From the IMG/VR virus record IMGVR_UViG_3300023171_000011, positions 10,859-74,858 of that record: a stretch of DNA of 64,000 nucleotides. One strand, 5' to 3'. The DNA comes from a virus. Numbering within the stretch: the stretch's first letter is position 1; every line of letters starts with the position of its first letter. The translations under genes were made by a program, and so were the position numbers. Below, in pieces: positions 17,468 through 28,423 of this stretch. The notes beneath the pieces are model-generated. The model was not told the origin of the DNA. It searched no databases and was given only the letters and a program-made list of their open reading frames with translations.

Positions 17468-18823
17468 ATGGCTATCACTATTCCAAATAGTACACCTGCA
17501 AATTATTCAGATCCATCGGTAACCCGTTACGGACTTATTTCAGGCCTAAACATCGTTAACATTCATGCTGCTAATACCTTCTATGACACTTACGGTTGGA
17601 CTCCTTACACTTCGCTATCTGAATTGATGGGTGACGATGAGAAGGCTGACAACAAAGAGTTCAGATGGTATCAATCACATGGACGTGTTATGGGCTTTGT
17701 TACTGCTTCGGCTGATGTTACTGTAGCGAACAACGCTGCTGCAACGATCACTGTAGGAACAGGTTCTTACTCACAAGCAGGAACAAAATCTTTACCGGCT
17801 TTAGGTCTTGTATTCCACAATGCTCGTACTGGCGTAGATTCAAGAGTATCTGCTGTTCCAAACAAAGCTACACCTAATGCGCACACGTTTGCAATGACTC
17901 CGGTTGTTACTGGACAAAATGCTTCGGTATTGGCAGGAGATGAGTTGTTGTCTCGTGGTTTCATTTATCTTGGTGAGCAATCTGATAAAACAGATACGAT
18001 CATCAGAAACATTGACCGTTACTCTAACTTCTGTACTGAGATTCGTGCGGATGATACCATTGGAGATTTGTCTGATGCAGAAAGAATCGAGTTTCAAATC
18101 AATGGAAACTATTCTTACACTTACAAGCAAACAAGGGACACCAACTTACGTTTAATGCGTGAGAAAGATTTCTTGATCTTTGAGGGTACTCAAACCACCA
18201 ACCTACCTTACGATGAGTCAGGTTCAAACGGTGTAATCAAACAAGTTCAGGCGAATGGTATCAATATGGACTATGCAACCTGGAACATTGCTGCTTGGGC
18301 TACTTTAAACAGAGGCTTAAACTCGGTGGGTGCTCCAAAAGAGTACGATGTGTTGTCTGACGATACTGCTGCTGTAGAGATGCAAAACTCTCTTTCAACA
18401 GAGTTCAACAACGGTGCAATCGTTTATTCGGCTGCTGCTGGTACAAGAGGTGGTATTGATCTTGAGCGTGACTTCCAGTCATTCAAAATCTACAAACGTA
18501 AATACAACTTCACCACTTACGGATTGTTCAATGAGCAAGAAGTATATGGTTCAAGCGGTTTAGGTACTCGTAACAGGTTCAGTTTGTTTATGCCTACAGG
18601 TAAAACATCTTCTGCTAAATCAAACGGTAGCACGATCACCATGCCTCGTTTCTCAGTGATGTACCAAACTCCATTCGGAGGTAACAAATGGCATGCAGCT
18701 CAGAACGGTTTGTTTGCTGACACTCCTACTTCGACTAAAGCTGAAAAAATCTTCACAACCATTGGTTACTTCGGTTCTAGGGTTATTGGAGCTCAACAAT
18801 ACGCAATCGTTAAAGGAAACTAA
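17468..18823 (+). CDS. major capsid protein
   Basis: 451 aa after scaffold, strongly biased codons, followed by terminator. Confidence 0.8.
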   Translation: MAITIPNSTPANYSDPSVTRYGLISGLNIVNIHAANTFYDTYGWTPYTSLSELMGDDEKADNKEFRWYQSHGRVMGFVTASADVTVANNAAATITVGTGSYSQAGTKSLPALGLVFHNARTGVDSRVSAVPNKATPNAHTFAMTPVVTGQNASVLAGDELLSRGFIYLGEQSDKTDTIIRNIDRYSNFCTEIRADDTIGDLSDAERIEFQINGNYSYTYKQTRDTNLRLMREKDFLIFEGTQTTNLPYDESGSNGVIKQVQANGINMDYATWNIAAWATLNRGLNSVGAPKEYDVLSDDTAAVEMQNSLSTEFNNGAIVYSAAAGTRGGIDLERDFQSFKIYKRKYNFTTYGLFNEQEVYGSSGLGTRNRFSLFMPTGKTSSAKSNGSTITMPRFSVMYQTPFGGNKWHAAQNGLFADTPTSTKAEKIFTTIGYFGSRVIGAQQYAIVKGN

Positions 18824-18827
18824 TACC

Positions 18828-18859
18828 AAAGCCCCTGTAGAAATATGGGGGCTTTATTT
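18828..18859 (+). terminator. terminator after MCP
   Basis: aaagcccctgta-gaaa-tatgggggcttt. Confidence 0.85.
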
Positions 18860-18882
18860 ACTTAACATATAGAAAAGAAAAA

Positions 18883-19782
18883 ATGACAGAAACAGTAGAA
18901 AAACCCAAAAGAAGGGGCAACCCCAATTTAGGAAAAAGAAAAGAAACAGTAAGCACTACGGGCCCAAAAAGAGGAATATATGTGTTTAAATTACTAAAGT
19001 CTCACGAGTCTCTTAAGCCAGTGAATAACATCACTCAGGAGATCGACGACAACCCGTATCCACATATGTATATCGCTGCCAATTCTGGTGTTGCATGGGA
19101 CGAAGAGCGGGGTGAGGAGCGCAGATGGAGATACCTTTACGGATACTCAAGCATTTGGGAAGAAGATCAGGTTAATCCTAAGCCGGATGTTAACCGGTTA
19201 ACGAATTCTGATGGTAAAAACGATATTGTGTTTTTGAAAGGATTCTTAAAAGTTAGAGCTGGTGATACTGCTAAACTTAAAGCGCTTCAAGTAAACGATG
19301 GTTTTGAAGGAAACACCAATAAAGTAAACAATATTCCAGACGTGTTCGAATTGGTAGATGCAGATAAAGCTAAAATGGCTATCCGTAACGCTGCCGACAG
19401 ATCGTTTGCTGCTGAGTCTGCTGCTCGTAAATTAGAGGGCGCTGAATTGCTTGGTGTTGCTTTGGCATTAGGTATTGATGTGAATGATCCTGATCTAATT
19501 GACGATGTAAGATCAGATGTTATCGCCAGGGCTAAGGCCGAAGCTGATAATTTCATGAAGATTGTCAACGACCCAAGACACAAAATTAAATACATGGCAT
19601 TAAGAGGCCTTAACGAAGGGCTTATCACTACGGTTGGCACTACGCTTTCCTACCAAGGAACGCCATGGTTGCAAATCAATCCTAACGTAGATGTTGCTCA
19701 TCAAATATCAAGTCAGGTGCTTGGTGGAGATAAAAAGGCAAAGGAATTGTACGACTCCTTATTGGAGTACTATAACGTATAG
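18883..19782 (+). CDS. conserved post-MCP structural/assembly protein
   Basis: Position; RWRY..SIWEEDQ..IVFLKGFLKV pattern resembles post-MCP genes of Bacteroidota podoviruses. Confidence 0.5.
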   Translation: MTETVEKPKRRGNPNLGKRKETVSTTGPKRGIYVFKLLKSHESLKPVNNITQEIDDNPYPHMYIAANSGVAWDEERGEERRWRYLYGYSSIWEEDQVNPKPDVNRLTNSDGKNDIVFLKGFLKVRAGDTAKLKALQVNDGFEGNTNKVNNIPDVFELVDADKAKMAIRNAADRSFAAESAARKLEGAELLGVALALGIDVNDPDLIDDVRSDVIARAKAEADNFMKIVNDPRHKIKYMALRGLNEGLITTVGTTLSYQGTPWLQINPNVDVAHQISSQVLGGDKKAKELYDSLLEYYNV

Positions 19783-19801
19783 TTCTTTTTTCTATATTGT
19801 T

Positions 19802-19834
19802 AGTCCCTGTATCAGAAATGGTCAGGGATTTTTT
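19802..19834 (+). terminator. intrinsic terminator
   Basis: agtccctg...cagggatt plus T run. Confidence 0.7.
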
Positions 19835-19872
19835 AATTTAATTTTTAATACATTTGACTAAATAATAAGCGA

Positions 19873-20514
19873 ATGGCAACTATTGATGAATGTTACAGGT
19901 TATTAAAGTACAGGGCTACTAAGAGTGGATTCAACGGCAATTTAAGTCCGGAAGATTTCAATTTGATTTGGAACAGAGCAGAACAGCGACACTTTAATAA
20001 CGAATATAAAAGGTACTTGATCAATCAGGAAAGTGCAGATAGCCTTATACCCTTCAAAACAGACCCTCTAGCGATATCAATTACTTCTGATGGCAAATAC
20101 ACCAAGCCGGCAGGAGTTCTTCATGTAGACGCTGTTAGAGCGCCTTATTTGACAACAGAGGTAGAAGTGGTCAGGGTGGAAGACGACAGACTTGCTAACC
20201 ACTTAAATTCGACTTATGATGCTCCAAACGCTGAGTTTCCGATATACACCGAATACAAGGCCTACATTCAATTTAATCCCAAGAACCTGGCAAATGCCTT
20301 GCTAGTTTATTTAAAGGCGCTGACACCTGCTAAATGGGCTTATACGCTTGTTAACAACAGACCTTTCTATGATAGCGATAATTCAGTTCAACCTTTATGG
20401 AGAGAGAATGATATTGATGAAATTATTTATATTGCAGGTTTGGACTTAGGCCTTAATTTAAGAGATCAGCAAACAATTCAGATGAGTGATAAACTAGCTA
20501 AAGAAAACGCATAA
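19873..20514 (+). CDS. head-tail adaptor/ring protein
   Basis: GNLSPEDFNL N-terminal motif; position; promoter TACATTTG 19849-56. Confidence 0.6.
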   Translation: MATIDECYRLLKYRATKSGFNGNLSPEDFNLIWNRAEQRHFNNEYKRYLINQESADSLIPFKTDPLAISITSDGKYTKPAGVLHVDAVRAPYLTTEVEVVRVEDDRLANHLNSTYDAPNAEFPIYTEYKAYIQFNPKNLANALLVYLKALTPAKWAYTLVNNRPFYDSDNSVQPLWRENDIDEIIYIAGLDLGLNLRDQQTIQMSDKLAKENA

Positions 20515-21149
20515 TGGCAACAACGTATAAAAAATTAGCTGAGCTTACTAGAAACTCATATTTCAAAGTAATTCCATCAGATGACGCTTCGTTATCACTC
20601 CGATTTTTCGCTGAACTAATCGCACAAGAAGTAGCTGAAATGGCTACAATGAATGCGTTTGAGAATTCCAATCAGGGTGAAAGTACCTATAGTAATGATG
20701 CTTTCATTTCGGTGTTTAGAAACCTTGCTCTTTTAGTCAGGTCCAATGGAGAAAAATACATTAAGTTACCAAGTACACCAACGGCACTCCCTAATAATCA
20801 GGAAATTTCGGAAGTAGAGATAAACGGCACTAAATGTTTGCCGGCTATTCCTGTTACCGGAAGACAGATGTTTGCTTTGAAGCTGATTAACAAGACACAA
20901 ACAGGCAGTTTATTGATGTTTAAGCGAGAAGGGAACGAAATTATATTTCAGGGGCCAACTACTTTGCTTGAGGGAACTGCAGATATTAAAATGATTGGTG
21001 CTGTAAGTGGAGACGATTTACTGACTGCAGATTTGAATATTCCTAAAAACTTTGAGAGTCGGATCATGAATAAAATATTAGGTAAGCTGTTGCCTTTGAA
21101 AAATCAGCCAATAGATTACGTTAACGATTCAATATCTAACCCTGGGTAA
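20514..21149 (+). CDS. tail ring protein
   Basis: Position and size in ring-gene triplet. Confidence 0.5.
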   Translation: MATTYKKLAELTRNSYFKVIPSDDASLSLRFFAELIAQEVAEMATMNAFENSNQGESTYSNDAFISVFRNLALLVRSNGEKYIKLPSTPTALPNNQEISEVEINGTKCLPAIPVTGRQMFALKLINKTQTGSLLMFKREGNEIIFQGPTTLLEGTADIKMIGAVSGDDLLTADLNIPKNFESRIMNKILGKLLPLKNQPIDYVNDSISNPG

Positions 21150-21151
21150 TT

Positions 21152-21901
21152 ATGGACATGACACTTAGAAAAATAGTTGGTCAGTTTTTAATGAGTGCAG
21201 ACCAATCTTCTCACCAATTCGTTAGGTTGTTTGAGATTGGTAAGTTCGGCTTAGAGACAGAGTTCAACCTAGATATTACTGGTACGTTTAAAACAGTCAT
21301 TTTAGACGTTATGGCTAATAAAAACGTAAAGCTGCCATGTGACTACATCTCTTATAAAAAGATTGGCCTACTGAACGCTAAAGGCGAGGTAGTGACACTG
21401 AAAAGGAACGATCAATTGAGTAAGTTACAAACCAACAACACAAGCGGAGTTAAAGTTACCGGAACAACTGAAGGGCTTTATTCGTACAATGACCTTTACT
21501 ACAATAACTATTTTTTGAATGGAACTTCTTGGAAACTATTTGGGGCCAATAGCGGTACACCAAACAGGGGCGAATATACTGTAGATAAAAGAAACGGGGT
21601 TATTCGGTTAGATGCTAATTTCCATGGTACACAATTAGTGTTAGAATATTTGTGTGATGGATATGAAGAGGGTGAAGATGATTACTTTGTAGACGTAAGG
21701 GCCGCTAAATGTATGATGGCTTATTTAAGATGGCAAGATGCAATTGATCAGAGAAAGAAATTCAGTGGTGGACAGGTAAATGCTTTCATGAAAGATTTCT
21801 ACAGAGAGAAACGTCTGGCTAAAGTAAGGTTAAATCCTTTTGTATTGAACGAAATGGCAATCGCTACGAGAATCGGGACAAAATTAGTGGCTAAAGCATA
21901 A
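21152..21901 (+). CDS. tail ring/tubular protein
   Basis: LPCDYISYKKIG, LVLEYLCDG, YYREKRLAK-like motifs; precedes stabilisation protein. Confidence 0.55.
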   Translation: MDMTLRKIVGQFLMSADQSSHQFVRLFEIGKFGLETEFNLDITGTFKTVILDVMANKNVKLPCDYISYKKIGLLNAKGEVVTLKRNDQLSKLQTNNTSGVKVTGTTEGLYSYNDLYYNNYFLNGTSWKLFGANSGTPNRGEYTVDKRNGVIRLDANFHGTQLVLEYLCDGYEEGEDDYFVDVRAAKCMMAYLRWQDAIDQRKKFSGGQVNAFMKDFYREKRLAKVRLNPFVLNEMAIATRIGTKLVAKA

Positions 21902-24900
21902 TGGAAGAACTAAAGAAATTTATCGGTGGAGGTATGGATTTTGAAACATCCTACTCAAAGATGGCTAGTAATGACTTTCCAGAGTCATTCAATTTAATTC
22001 TTAGTGGCGTAGAATTTAGCGAATTTGGTGACGGAACTAATCTCCCATCGAATCGTGAAATAACCGGCTACGCTTTACCTGCCGGAATAAATAAGTGTAT
22101 AGGGGCTGAGAAGTTCGAGAATGAAAGAATTATTCTGGCGTTCATTTATAACTCATTTGGGTTTCATCAGTTCTTTGAGTACAACTACGATACTGATGTA
22201 AAAACACTTTTATTCACCAATAAAACCGATTCAGGTGGAGTAGACATTTTACCCCTTACAGTAAACAACTACATTTCTGATATTAAACTAGCTAACAGTA
22301 CTGAGGTGATCTTCACTGACTCCAATATGGAGATCGGCTATATCAATAAAGAACGACTTAAATCTGGCGCTTTAGGGGTTGTTACTCAGGATGACGTTAG
22401 ATTGATTAAGGCTCAACCTTTAAAGCTCCCACAAGTGAGATATGGAGACGACGCAGGGCGTGTGGTGAACTTAATGAAGAACAAGTTATTCCAGTACCGT
22501 TATCAGTATGGGTATTTGGATAATGAACCAAGTGCTTACTCTTCTATTTCTAAACGACAAGTTCCAACTAAAGAAAGTACAACTGCTATTGGGGAGGATG
22601 TAACCAAAAACAACAACCAAATTATTTCGGTAGATGCCGGCACCAATAGGGTACTTGACATTAATATTGCAGCCCGTTATGACAACTTGGATTGGGAGAC
22701 GATTAAGAGCGTTAAGAGGGCTTATGTGATTGCTTTACCAAATACTGCCATAGATATACCCAACGAGGTATATGAGGCTTATAACCCCACTACAAACCAA
22801 TATTCATTTGTTCACTACAACGATGGACTTTATGTAAACATTGACCCAAGAGAAACTGATTCAGTATTTGATAACGTTCCAAGAAAAGCAGAGACTTTAG
22901 AATTATTGGAGTCTAACATTTTAGCTGTAGCTGGACTGACTGAGGGATATGAAAGACCGGCGATCGACGTAAGAATGACTGTTAATGACTACGACCCAAA
23001 ATTAGAAACAGCACCTTTAGACCCTAATCAGTTAAAGGTTACGAATATGTACAATAGTGACCCTCCTGGAAAAGTTCACAAAAGAAGGATTCATGTAAAC
23101 TTTTCTGGTATTGCAAAGACGGGTGATAAGATTACGATTGTGCTTAAGGACGTAAGGGAGGTTACAACTACCAAGACTTATTACTATGAGGTTGAGTCAA
23201 CTTACAACAATAACACTTTAGGAGCCCTACAGAAGTTCGCTACGAACATGGGTAACAGTGGAGGACCAGGTGGAGTAGGCGCTAGTGTGACTGCTATATC
23301 CGGAGGTTATCAACTTACCTGGATTGACTTTGAATACTATTGGGATGGTTACTCAGATGTAGAGAACTCTTCGGTTGGTTCTGGTCAACTAAGCTCTATT
23401 CATGCATTAAAATCAAATTCAGCTTATCAGGCTTGTATTATTCCTTTTGATCATTATGGAAGGCCACTTCCGGTGATTACAGGTAAAGACTTTATTTTCA
23501 AAACCAATTCCTACGCTCAAAGCAAGGGGCTTACTCCGAGGTTAAGTTGGCAGTTACTGAGTAATTTTCCGAAAGAAGTGGAGAGTTTTCAGTGGGGTCT
23601 ATCGTTAAACACCACCCACCAAGCTACACTTTATATCAACGGGGCTTACATGCGTACCGATGGACAGTATATTGTTTTAAACATCAATCCGCTAAAAACC
23701 TTCAACGAGAGAAATGCAAGCTCGATTTTAAATTACGAGTACTCTGAGGGAGATCGGGCGACATTTATGTACTACGACAATTCTGGGACTAAGGTTTACT
23801 TTGATAATCCGTTTATTGATGTCCAGGTTGCAGGATTTGATATCGTAGTAGACACTACACCTGATCCTGATACGACTACTTACGAATTAAAAGTTAAACT
23901 AAACAGCTCAATTGATACTGCGGCTATTTCTGGTAAAAACATTTACATTGAATTATACACCCCTAAGAAAAGAGTAACGGTAAGCGGTGGACAAACTACC
24001 TACTTAGAGAATTTATTCTTTGAGATTGGAGAGCAGTTTGATGTGGTTGATGGAGTCCCTCAAGTAACAAGCGGAACGATTACCGATGGAGACGTTTATT
24101 TTCAGACCAGAGATTATGTAAGTGCGGTAAACGACACCGACTATACTACTTACTTGGCTGAGGACTTCAACTTCTCTCCACTTTACAAATCGAACTACAC
24201 TTCTTACGGTAGGGGATTTCAATACAACGAGAGGGATGGGATTAAAATCAGAAAAGCTGGCATTAGGTACTCGGACAAATATGTGATCGACTCCAAACTT
24301 AATCTTTTGAATAGGTTTTATGCTGAAAGACTATATGGGGACAACGACGGAGAAAGTTCAAGTAACTTCGGATGGATTAGAAAGATCCGTCAACGAGACA
24401 ATTACTTAATCTGTATTCAGGAAGTAAAAGAAGGTCACATTCCTTTATTCCAATCTATCGTCGAGGATCAAGAGGCCCAAGCTCAGGCTTACCTTTCTGA
24501 TAAGTTGTTTAATAAAATCCGCTATTCTAATACTGGTTCTTATGGGATGGGTAATGCTCCGGAGAGTTATTCTGAGAGTCCAAATGGTTCAGTAGGTTTT
24601 GCAGATCCAAACAACTCTGTTCCGATGAGGGATGGGGCCAATGGGTTAACAGACATATCTGGTAAGATGAGTAAGTTTTTCAAACAGACTTTTCAAGCTG
24701 CTAAACAAGCCGGCAAATCGATTATCTCTTATTGGGACAACTACACACTTCAAAGGGTATTCAGTATCCAGGAAGACGAAGATACCGTATTTCAGGTTCC
24801 GGTAAATGAGAACAGTTTGGTTTACGAAGACCCGTACACTGTGAACCCAAGCGATATCACAATCACACAACAGCCTAGCAACGGTACAGTGACGTTTTCA

Positions 24901-26298
24901 GGGGGAAATTGGGTAGTTACCCCAAACACAGGCTTCACGGGCTCACAGACGTTTAAATTTAGTTTTACGGTAGCGGGTAATTTGATTGTGAAGAACGAAT
25001 GCTTTACGGTAATTGCAGGAGACTCGACACCTATTCCTTTCTTGTTTCAAGATTTGGTTGGTCAGGAATTAAATGTAGAGGTGACTTCAAATGTGATCGG
25101 GGTAGACGGAATAAATATCCCTTCACCAATCAGCATTACAGGAGGTACTTTCGCTAAGAACGGTGGTTCATTTGGTTCAGCACCATCTACGGTAGTTCAA
25201 GACGATACGGTAGTAGTAAAGTTGATTACTTCTAACGTGGCAAATACGACTACAAGTGCAACTTTGACTATTGGAGGGTACTCCGATACATTTAGTGCAA
25301 CGACTAAGACTGACGACACTCCTGATGCATTTACTTTTGAAACTTTAAATGGTGTTGATTTAGATACTGATTACGTTTCTGAGGTTATTTATATATCAGG
25401 GCTGAATGTGGTAGTTTCTATTTCGGTTGTTGGAGGGGAATACGCTAAAAATGGAGGTTTGTTTACTAATGTCGCAGGGACAGTGACTAACGGAGATGCG
25501 ATAGAATTACAATTACATAGCTCAGATATGGAACAAACATCTACTGACATGAGTGTGACTGTAGGAACATATACTACTACATTTACAGTCATAACAAAAG
25601 AATCGATTGGTAACGAAGAGAAACAAAGCACTTTTCAAAGAAATAATTGTGCTGCTGGCAGTAGTGGAACTTTTTATACCTATATCGTTCCTGCGGACAC
25701 TTACTTTGCAGGAACTTTAACTGAGGCTAATAACATGGCATTGGTAGATATAGCCGCCAATGGACAAACAGCAGCTAATACGAATGCTTCGTGTATACTT
25801 AATACAACTGTTTCTACTTTAGTTATCGACATAGACAACAATGCCGCTTTAAGTTCATTCTTATACATTGATACCCCTGGTATTTCAGAGTCAGGAACCA
25901 TAGTTAGAAGTGGACAGAATTTCTTCCCTTTTACCGAGCCACCTGAAAACAATTATATGTTGGCTTCTGATGTTATTTCAGGAACTACCAACTGGAGGTA
26001 TGAAACTAATATTGGAAAACTAATCAGTCTTTATCCTGACGCTACAGCTATACCAGAGTTTATTTATAGATTGAAAGGTAACTCAAGCATAGCCGGCACA
26101 CTAAATGGTAACTACGCTTTGAAATTCCCTAATCAGAAAATGATAATGAACGGAGATGAGGGAACATACGTACCGAGTGTTGACCCTCCTGGTGGACCTG
26201 CGGTAACTCCTTGGAGTGGAGTAGTAGCTACGGGCCCTGATGCGGTGATAGCTACCTTCACTTACAATAGGGCTTTAAATACAATAACAGTTTCTTAA
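21901..26298 (+). CDS. tail stabilisation (muzzle/nozzle) protein with C-terminal Ig-like repeats and DUF5977-like domain
   Basis: FQYRYQY.YLDNEPSAYS, IRYSDKY..NRF, YGMGNAPES; D(S/D)TP..F.F repeats; FQRNNC...ANGQTAAN..ASC. Confidence 0.7.
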   Translation: MEELKKFIGGGMDFETSYSKMASNDFPESFNLILSGVEFSEFGDGTNLPSNREITGYALPAGINKCIGAEKFENERIILAFIYNSFGFHQFFEYNYDTDVKTLLFTNKTDSGGVDILPLTVNNYISDIKLANSTEVIFTDSNMEIGYINKERLKSGALGVVTQDDVRLIKAQPLKLPQVRYGDDAGRVVNLMKNKLFQYRYQYGYLDNEPSAYSSISKRQVPTKESTTAIGEDVTKNNNQIISVDAGTNRVLDINIAARYDNLDWETIKSVKRAYVIALPNTAIDIPNEVYEAYNPTTNQYSFVHYNDGLYVNIDPRETDSVFDNVPRKAETLELLESNILAVAGLTEGYERPAIDVRMTVNDYDPKLETAPLDPNQLKVTNMYNSDPPGKVHKRRIHVNFSGIAKTGDKITIVLKDVREVTTTKTYYYEVESTYNNNTLGALQKFATNMGNSGGPGGVGASVTAISGGYQLTWIDFEYYWDGYSDVENSSVGSGQLSSIHALKSNSAYQACIIPFDHYGRPLPVITGKDFIFKTNSYAQSKGLTPRLSWQLLSNFPKEVESFQWGLSLNTTHQATLYINGAYMRTDGQYIVLNINPLKTFNERNASSILNYEYSEGDRATFMYYDNSGTKVYFDNPFIDVQVAGFDIVVDTTPDPDTTTYELKVKLNSSIDTAAISGKNIYIELYTPKKRVTVSGGQTTYLENLFFEIGEQFDVVDGVPQVTSGTITDGDVYFQTRDYVSAVNDTDYTTYLAEDFNFSPLYKSNYTSYGRGFQYNERDGIKIRKAGIRYSDKYVIDSKLNLLNRFYAERLYGDNDGESSSNFGWIRKIRQRDNYLICIQEVKEGHIPLFQSIVEDQEAQAQAYLSDKLFNKIRYSNTGSYGMGNAPESYSESPNGSVGFADPNNSVPMRDGANGLTDISGKMSKFFKQTFQAAKQAGKSIISYWDNYTLQRVFSIQEDEDTVFQVPVNENSLVYEDPYTVNPSDITITQQPSNGTVTFSGGNWVVTPNTGFTGSQTFKFSFTVAGNLIVKNECFTVIAGDSTPIPFLFQDLVGQELNVEVTSNVIGVDGINIPSPISITGGTFAKNGGSFGSAPSTVVQDDTVVVKLITSNVANTTTSATLTIGGYSDTFSATTKTDDTPDAFTFETLNGVDLDTDYVSEVIYISGLNVVVSISVVGGEYAKNGGLFTNVAGTVTNGDAIELQLHSSDMEQTSTDMSVTVGTYTTTFTVITKESIGNEEKQSTFQRNNCAAGSSGTFYTYIVPADTYFAGTLTEANNMALVDIAANGQTAANTNASCILNTTVSTLVIDIDNNAALSSFLYIDTPGISESGTIVRSGQNFFPFTEPPENNYMLASDVISGTTNWRYETNIGKLISLYPDATAIPEFIYRLKGNSSIAGTLNGNYALKFPNQKMIMNGDEGTYVPSVDPPGGPAVTPWSGVVATGPDAVIATFTYNRALNTITVS

Positions 26299-26307
26299 AT
26301 TAAACTT

Positions 26308-27240
26308 ATGAGCTTCACTATATTACAAAACACACCGACAATAATCCCACTGGCAGACTACGCTAAGACTACTGGATGGACACTGGAAGACGGGGTTGCC
26401 AAGCACGAAGCCTGTAACGATGGCGAAATCAACGTGAAGGGCTCTACGATCTCTCCTGTGAGTGGACAAAGCTATACGGTGGCATATGAGATCACCAACT
26501 TGTCCGGAGGCTCTATAAGGCTTAGAATTGGTACTACACAAGGAGTATTGAGAACAACCAATGGTCAGTACGTGGAGACGCTTGTAGCCGGAGGTTCAAA
26601 CCCTTTAGTGAGCTTCTTTGCTACAGGGGCCTTATGGCTAAGAACGATTGATGTAAAGTCTTCGGTTCCCAATGTAGCGACTAAAAAAAGAAACACGATT
26701 GTGTTCAGTGAGCAAACAGCCAAGTGGTCCACGTTCTTTTCATTCACCAGTGATTACGGTTTGTCGCTTTTCAAGGACTTATTTACTTTCAAGGCAGGGA
26801 AGATGTATAGGCATGATCCGAGTCTACCGACAAGGAATAATATTTATGGAGTTCAATATAAAACCATATTTAAGTTTGTTGCCAACGGTGGAGAAGGGAT
26901 ACCTAAAAGTTATATGGGGCTTTCGTATGAAGGGAATCAATTAATGGTGACAACAGCCAATGGGGTGGAGACTTCTTTAGGTCAGGTAAGCGAATTGATT
27001 GATCAGGACTTCTTAAAAGCATCACTAGATGATGGTATGGTACAAATTGACGTTTATTCCGTTGAAGGGATTTATAGCAGTTCTTTCTTAAGAGATATTT
27101 CAAATGGAGGCGATATAAATAACGGAGATGTATTGAAAGGCTCTTACATAACAGTTGAACTCATTCAGGTAAACAACGCTACTTTAAGGTTAAGTAATAT
27201 TAAAGTTCATTCAGAAAGCAGTCCAATTGGAAGTCGTTGA
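26308..27240 (+). CDS. tail protein resembling C-terminal part of stabilisation protein
   Basis: TIVFSE..KWSTFFSF, FTFKAGKMYRH, NNIYGVQY, EGIY, LKGSY. Confidence 0.55.
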   Translation: MSFTILQNTPTIIPLADYAKTTGWTLEDGVAKHEACNDGEINVKGSTISPVSGQSYTVAYEITNLSGGSIRLRIGTTQGVLRTTNGQYVETLVAGGSNPLVSFFATGALWLRTIDVKSSVPNVATKKRNTIVFSEQTAKWSTFFSFTSDYGLSLFKDLFTFKAGKMYRHDPSLPTRNNIYGVQYKTIFKFVANGGEGIPKSYMGLSYEGNQLMVTTANGVETSLGQVSELIDQDFLKASLDDGMVQIDVYSVEGIYSSSFLRDISNGGDINNGDVLKGSYITVELIQVNNATLRLSNIKVHSESSPIGSR

Positions 27241-27273
27241 TTTAATTGATACATTTGAATAAAATAAAACATA

Positions 27274-27738
27274 ATGGAACTCGCCGACAACCACAATACA
27301 TACCATGATTTAGTAGATCAGATTGAGGCTGTTATTGTGAATGAAGGTACACCTGTTGAGTGTCGGATTAAACACTTATTTACGAAGGGTGTTTATTGTA
27401 GGGAGATGTTTGTTCCCAAAGGGACGATACTTACCAGCAAACTGCATAATATGCAGCACCCGTTTGTTTTGTCTATGGGTGCAGTAGGTGTGTTGGAGAA
27501 CAATAAAGTGACAGAGGTGATGGAAGCCCCATATTTAGGAGTTACGGAACCTGGAACCAGAAGAGTGATTTATGCTTATGAGGATTCTATTTGGACCACA
27601 TTTCATCCAGTATCTATTTATCCGGAGTCCGATAGCGAAGAGGATCTGCTTATTGCAGTTCAAAAAGTAGAAGACTTGGTGATTGACAATTACGATAATA
27701 ATTTAATAACAGTTAAGAAAAAGGAGGAGTTAACATGA
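27274..27738 (+). CDS. cupin-like protein preceding ejection proteins
   Basis: HLFTKGVYCREMFVPKG..SKLH...H, PGTRRV..YEDSIWTTFH; promoter TACATTTG 27250-57. Confidence 0.6.
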   Translation: MELADNHNTYHDLVDQIEAVIVNEGTPVECRIKHLFTKGVYCREMFVPKGTILTSKLHNMQHPFVLSMGAVGVLENNKVTEVMEAPYLGVTEPGTRRVIYAYEDSIWTTFHPVSIYPESDSEEDLLIAVQKVEDLVIDNYDNNLITVKKKEELT

Positions 27739-28421
27739 GTTTTGTATTAGCAGCCGCAGCAGCCCCAAGTGTGATCAAAGGAATCGCTGGTGTCGTCGAC
27801 ATCTTTGGTGGCAAACGAAGAGCAAGAAATAACGTAAGACCTGTAGCCCAGGTAAACGAGAACTATCTAAAGAATGTTGCTTTGGCTGAAAGTATGGGCC
27901 GTACAGGGCTTCCTCAAGAGCAGTACAATCGCTCCTTTCAAAATATAGGCAGAAATCAGTCTGTGGCGCTTAATTCTCTTTCAAGGAGTGCAAACCCTGC
28001 GGCTGGACTTCAAGGTCTGCTACGGGCTTCTAATGACGCTACAATGGGACTTGATGCACAAGATGCTAATGCCCGTATGCAGAATCAAAGGTTTTCTTTT
28101 GGACAACGTGCAAACTTAGCTCAAGATCAGCAACGGGTATGGAATTGGAATAAAAGAGACAAGTATAATGAAGAAGCAAGTGCAGCAGCTCAACAGATTG
28201 GTAGCGGAAAATCCAATGCTTTCGGGGCATTAAGTGATTTGAGTCAATTGGGGCAAGTGGCGGCAGGTGCTGGTGTTTTTGGTAGTGGTGGAGGTCAGGG
28301 AGGGTTTAATCAACCTGGGTCTAATGGTTATATTAACAATTATCTTCCTAACGCTACAATGAATGCTCCTTCTCAATACGGTGTTCCTGCAAATAGGTTT
28401 TACAATAAATTTAAATTTTAG
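27735..28421 (+). CDS. internal virion (ejection) protein
   Basis: Gly/Ala-rich hydrophobic termini, Gln-rich helical core. Confidence 0.6.
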   Translation: MSFVLAAAAAPSVIKGIAGVVDIFGGKRRARNNVRPVAQVNENYLKNVALAESMGRTGLPQEQYNRSFQNIGRNQSVALNSLSRSANPAAGLQGLLRASNDATMGLDAQDANARMQNQRFSFGQRANLAQDQQRVWNWNKRDKYNEEASAAAQQIGSGKSNAFGALSDLSQLGQVAAGAGVFGSGGGQGGFNQPGSNGYINNYLPNATMNAPSQYGVPANRFYNKFKF

Positions 28422-28423
28422 GT

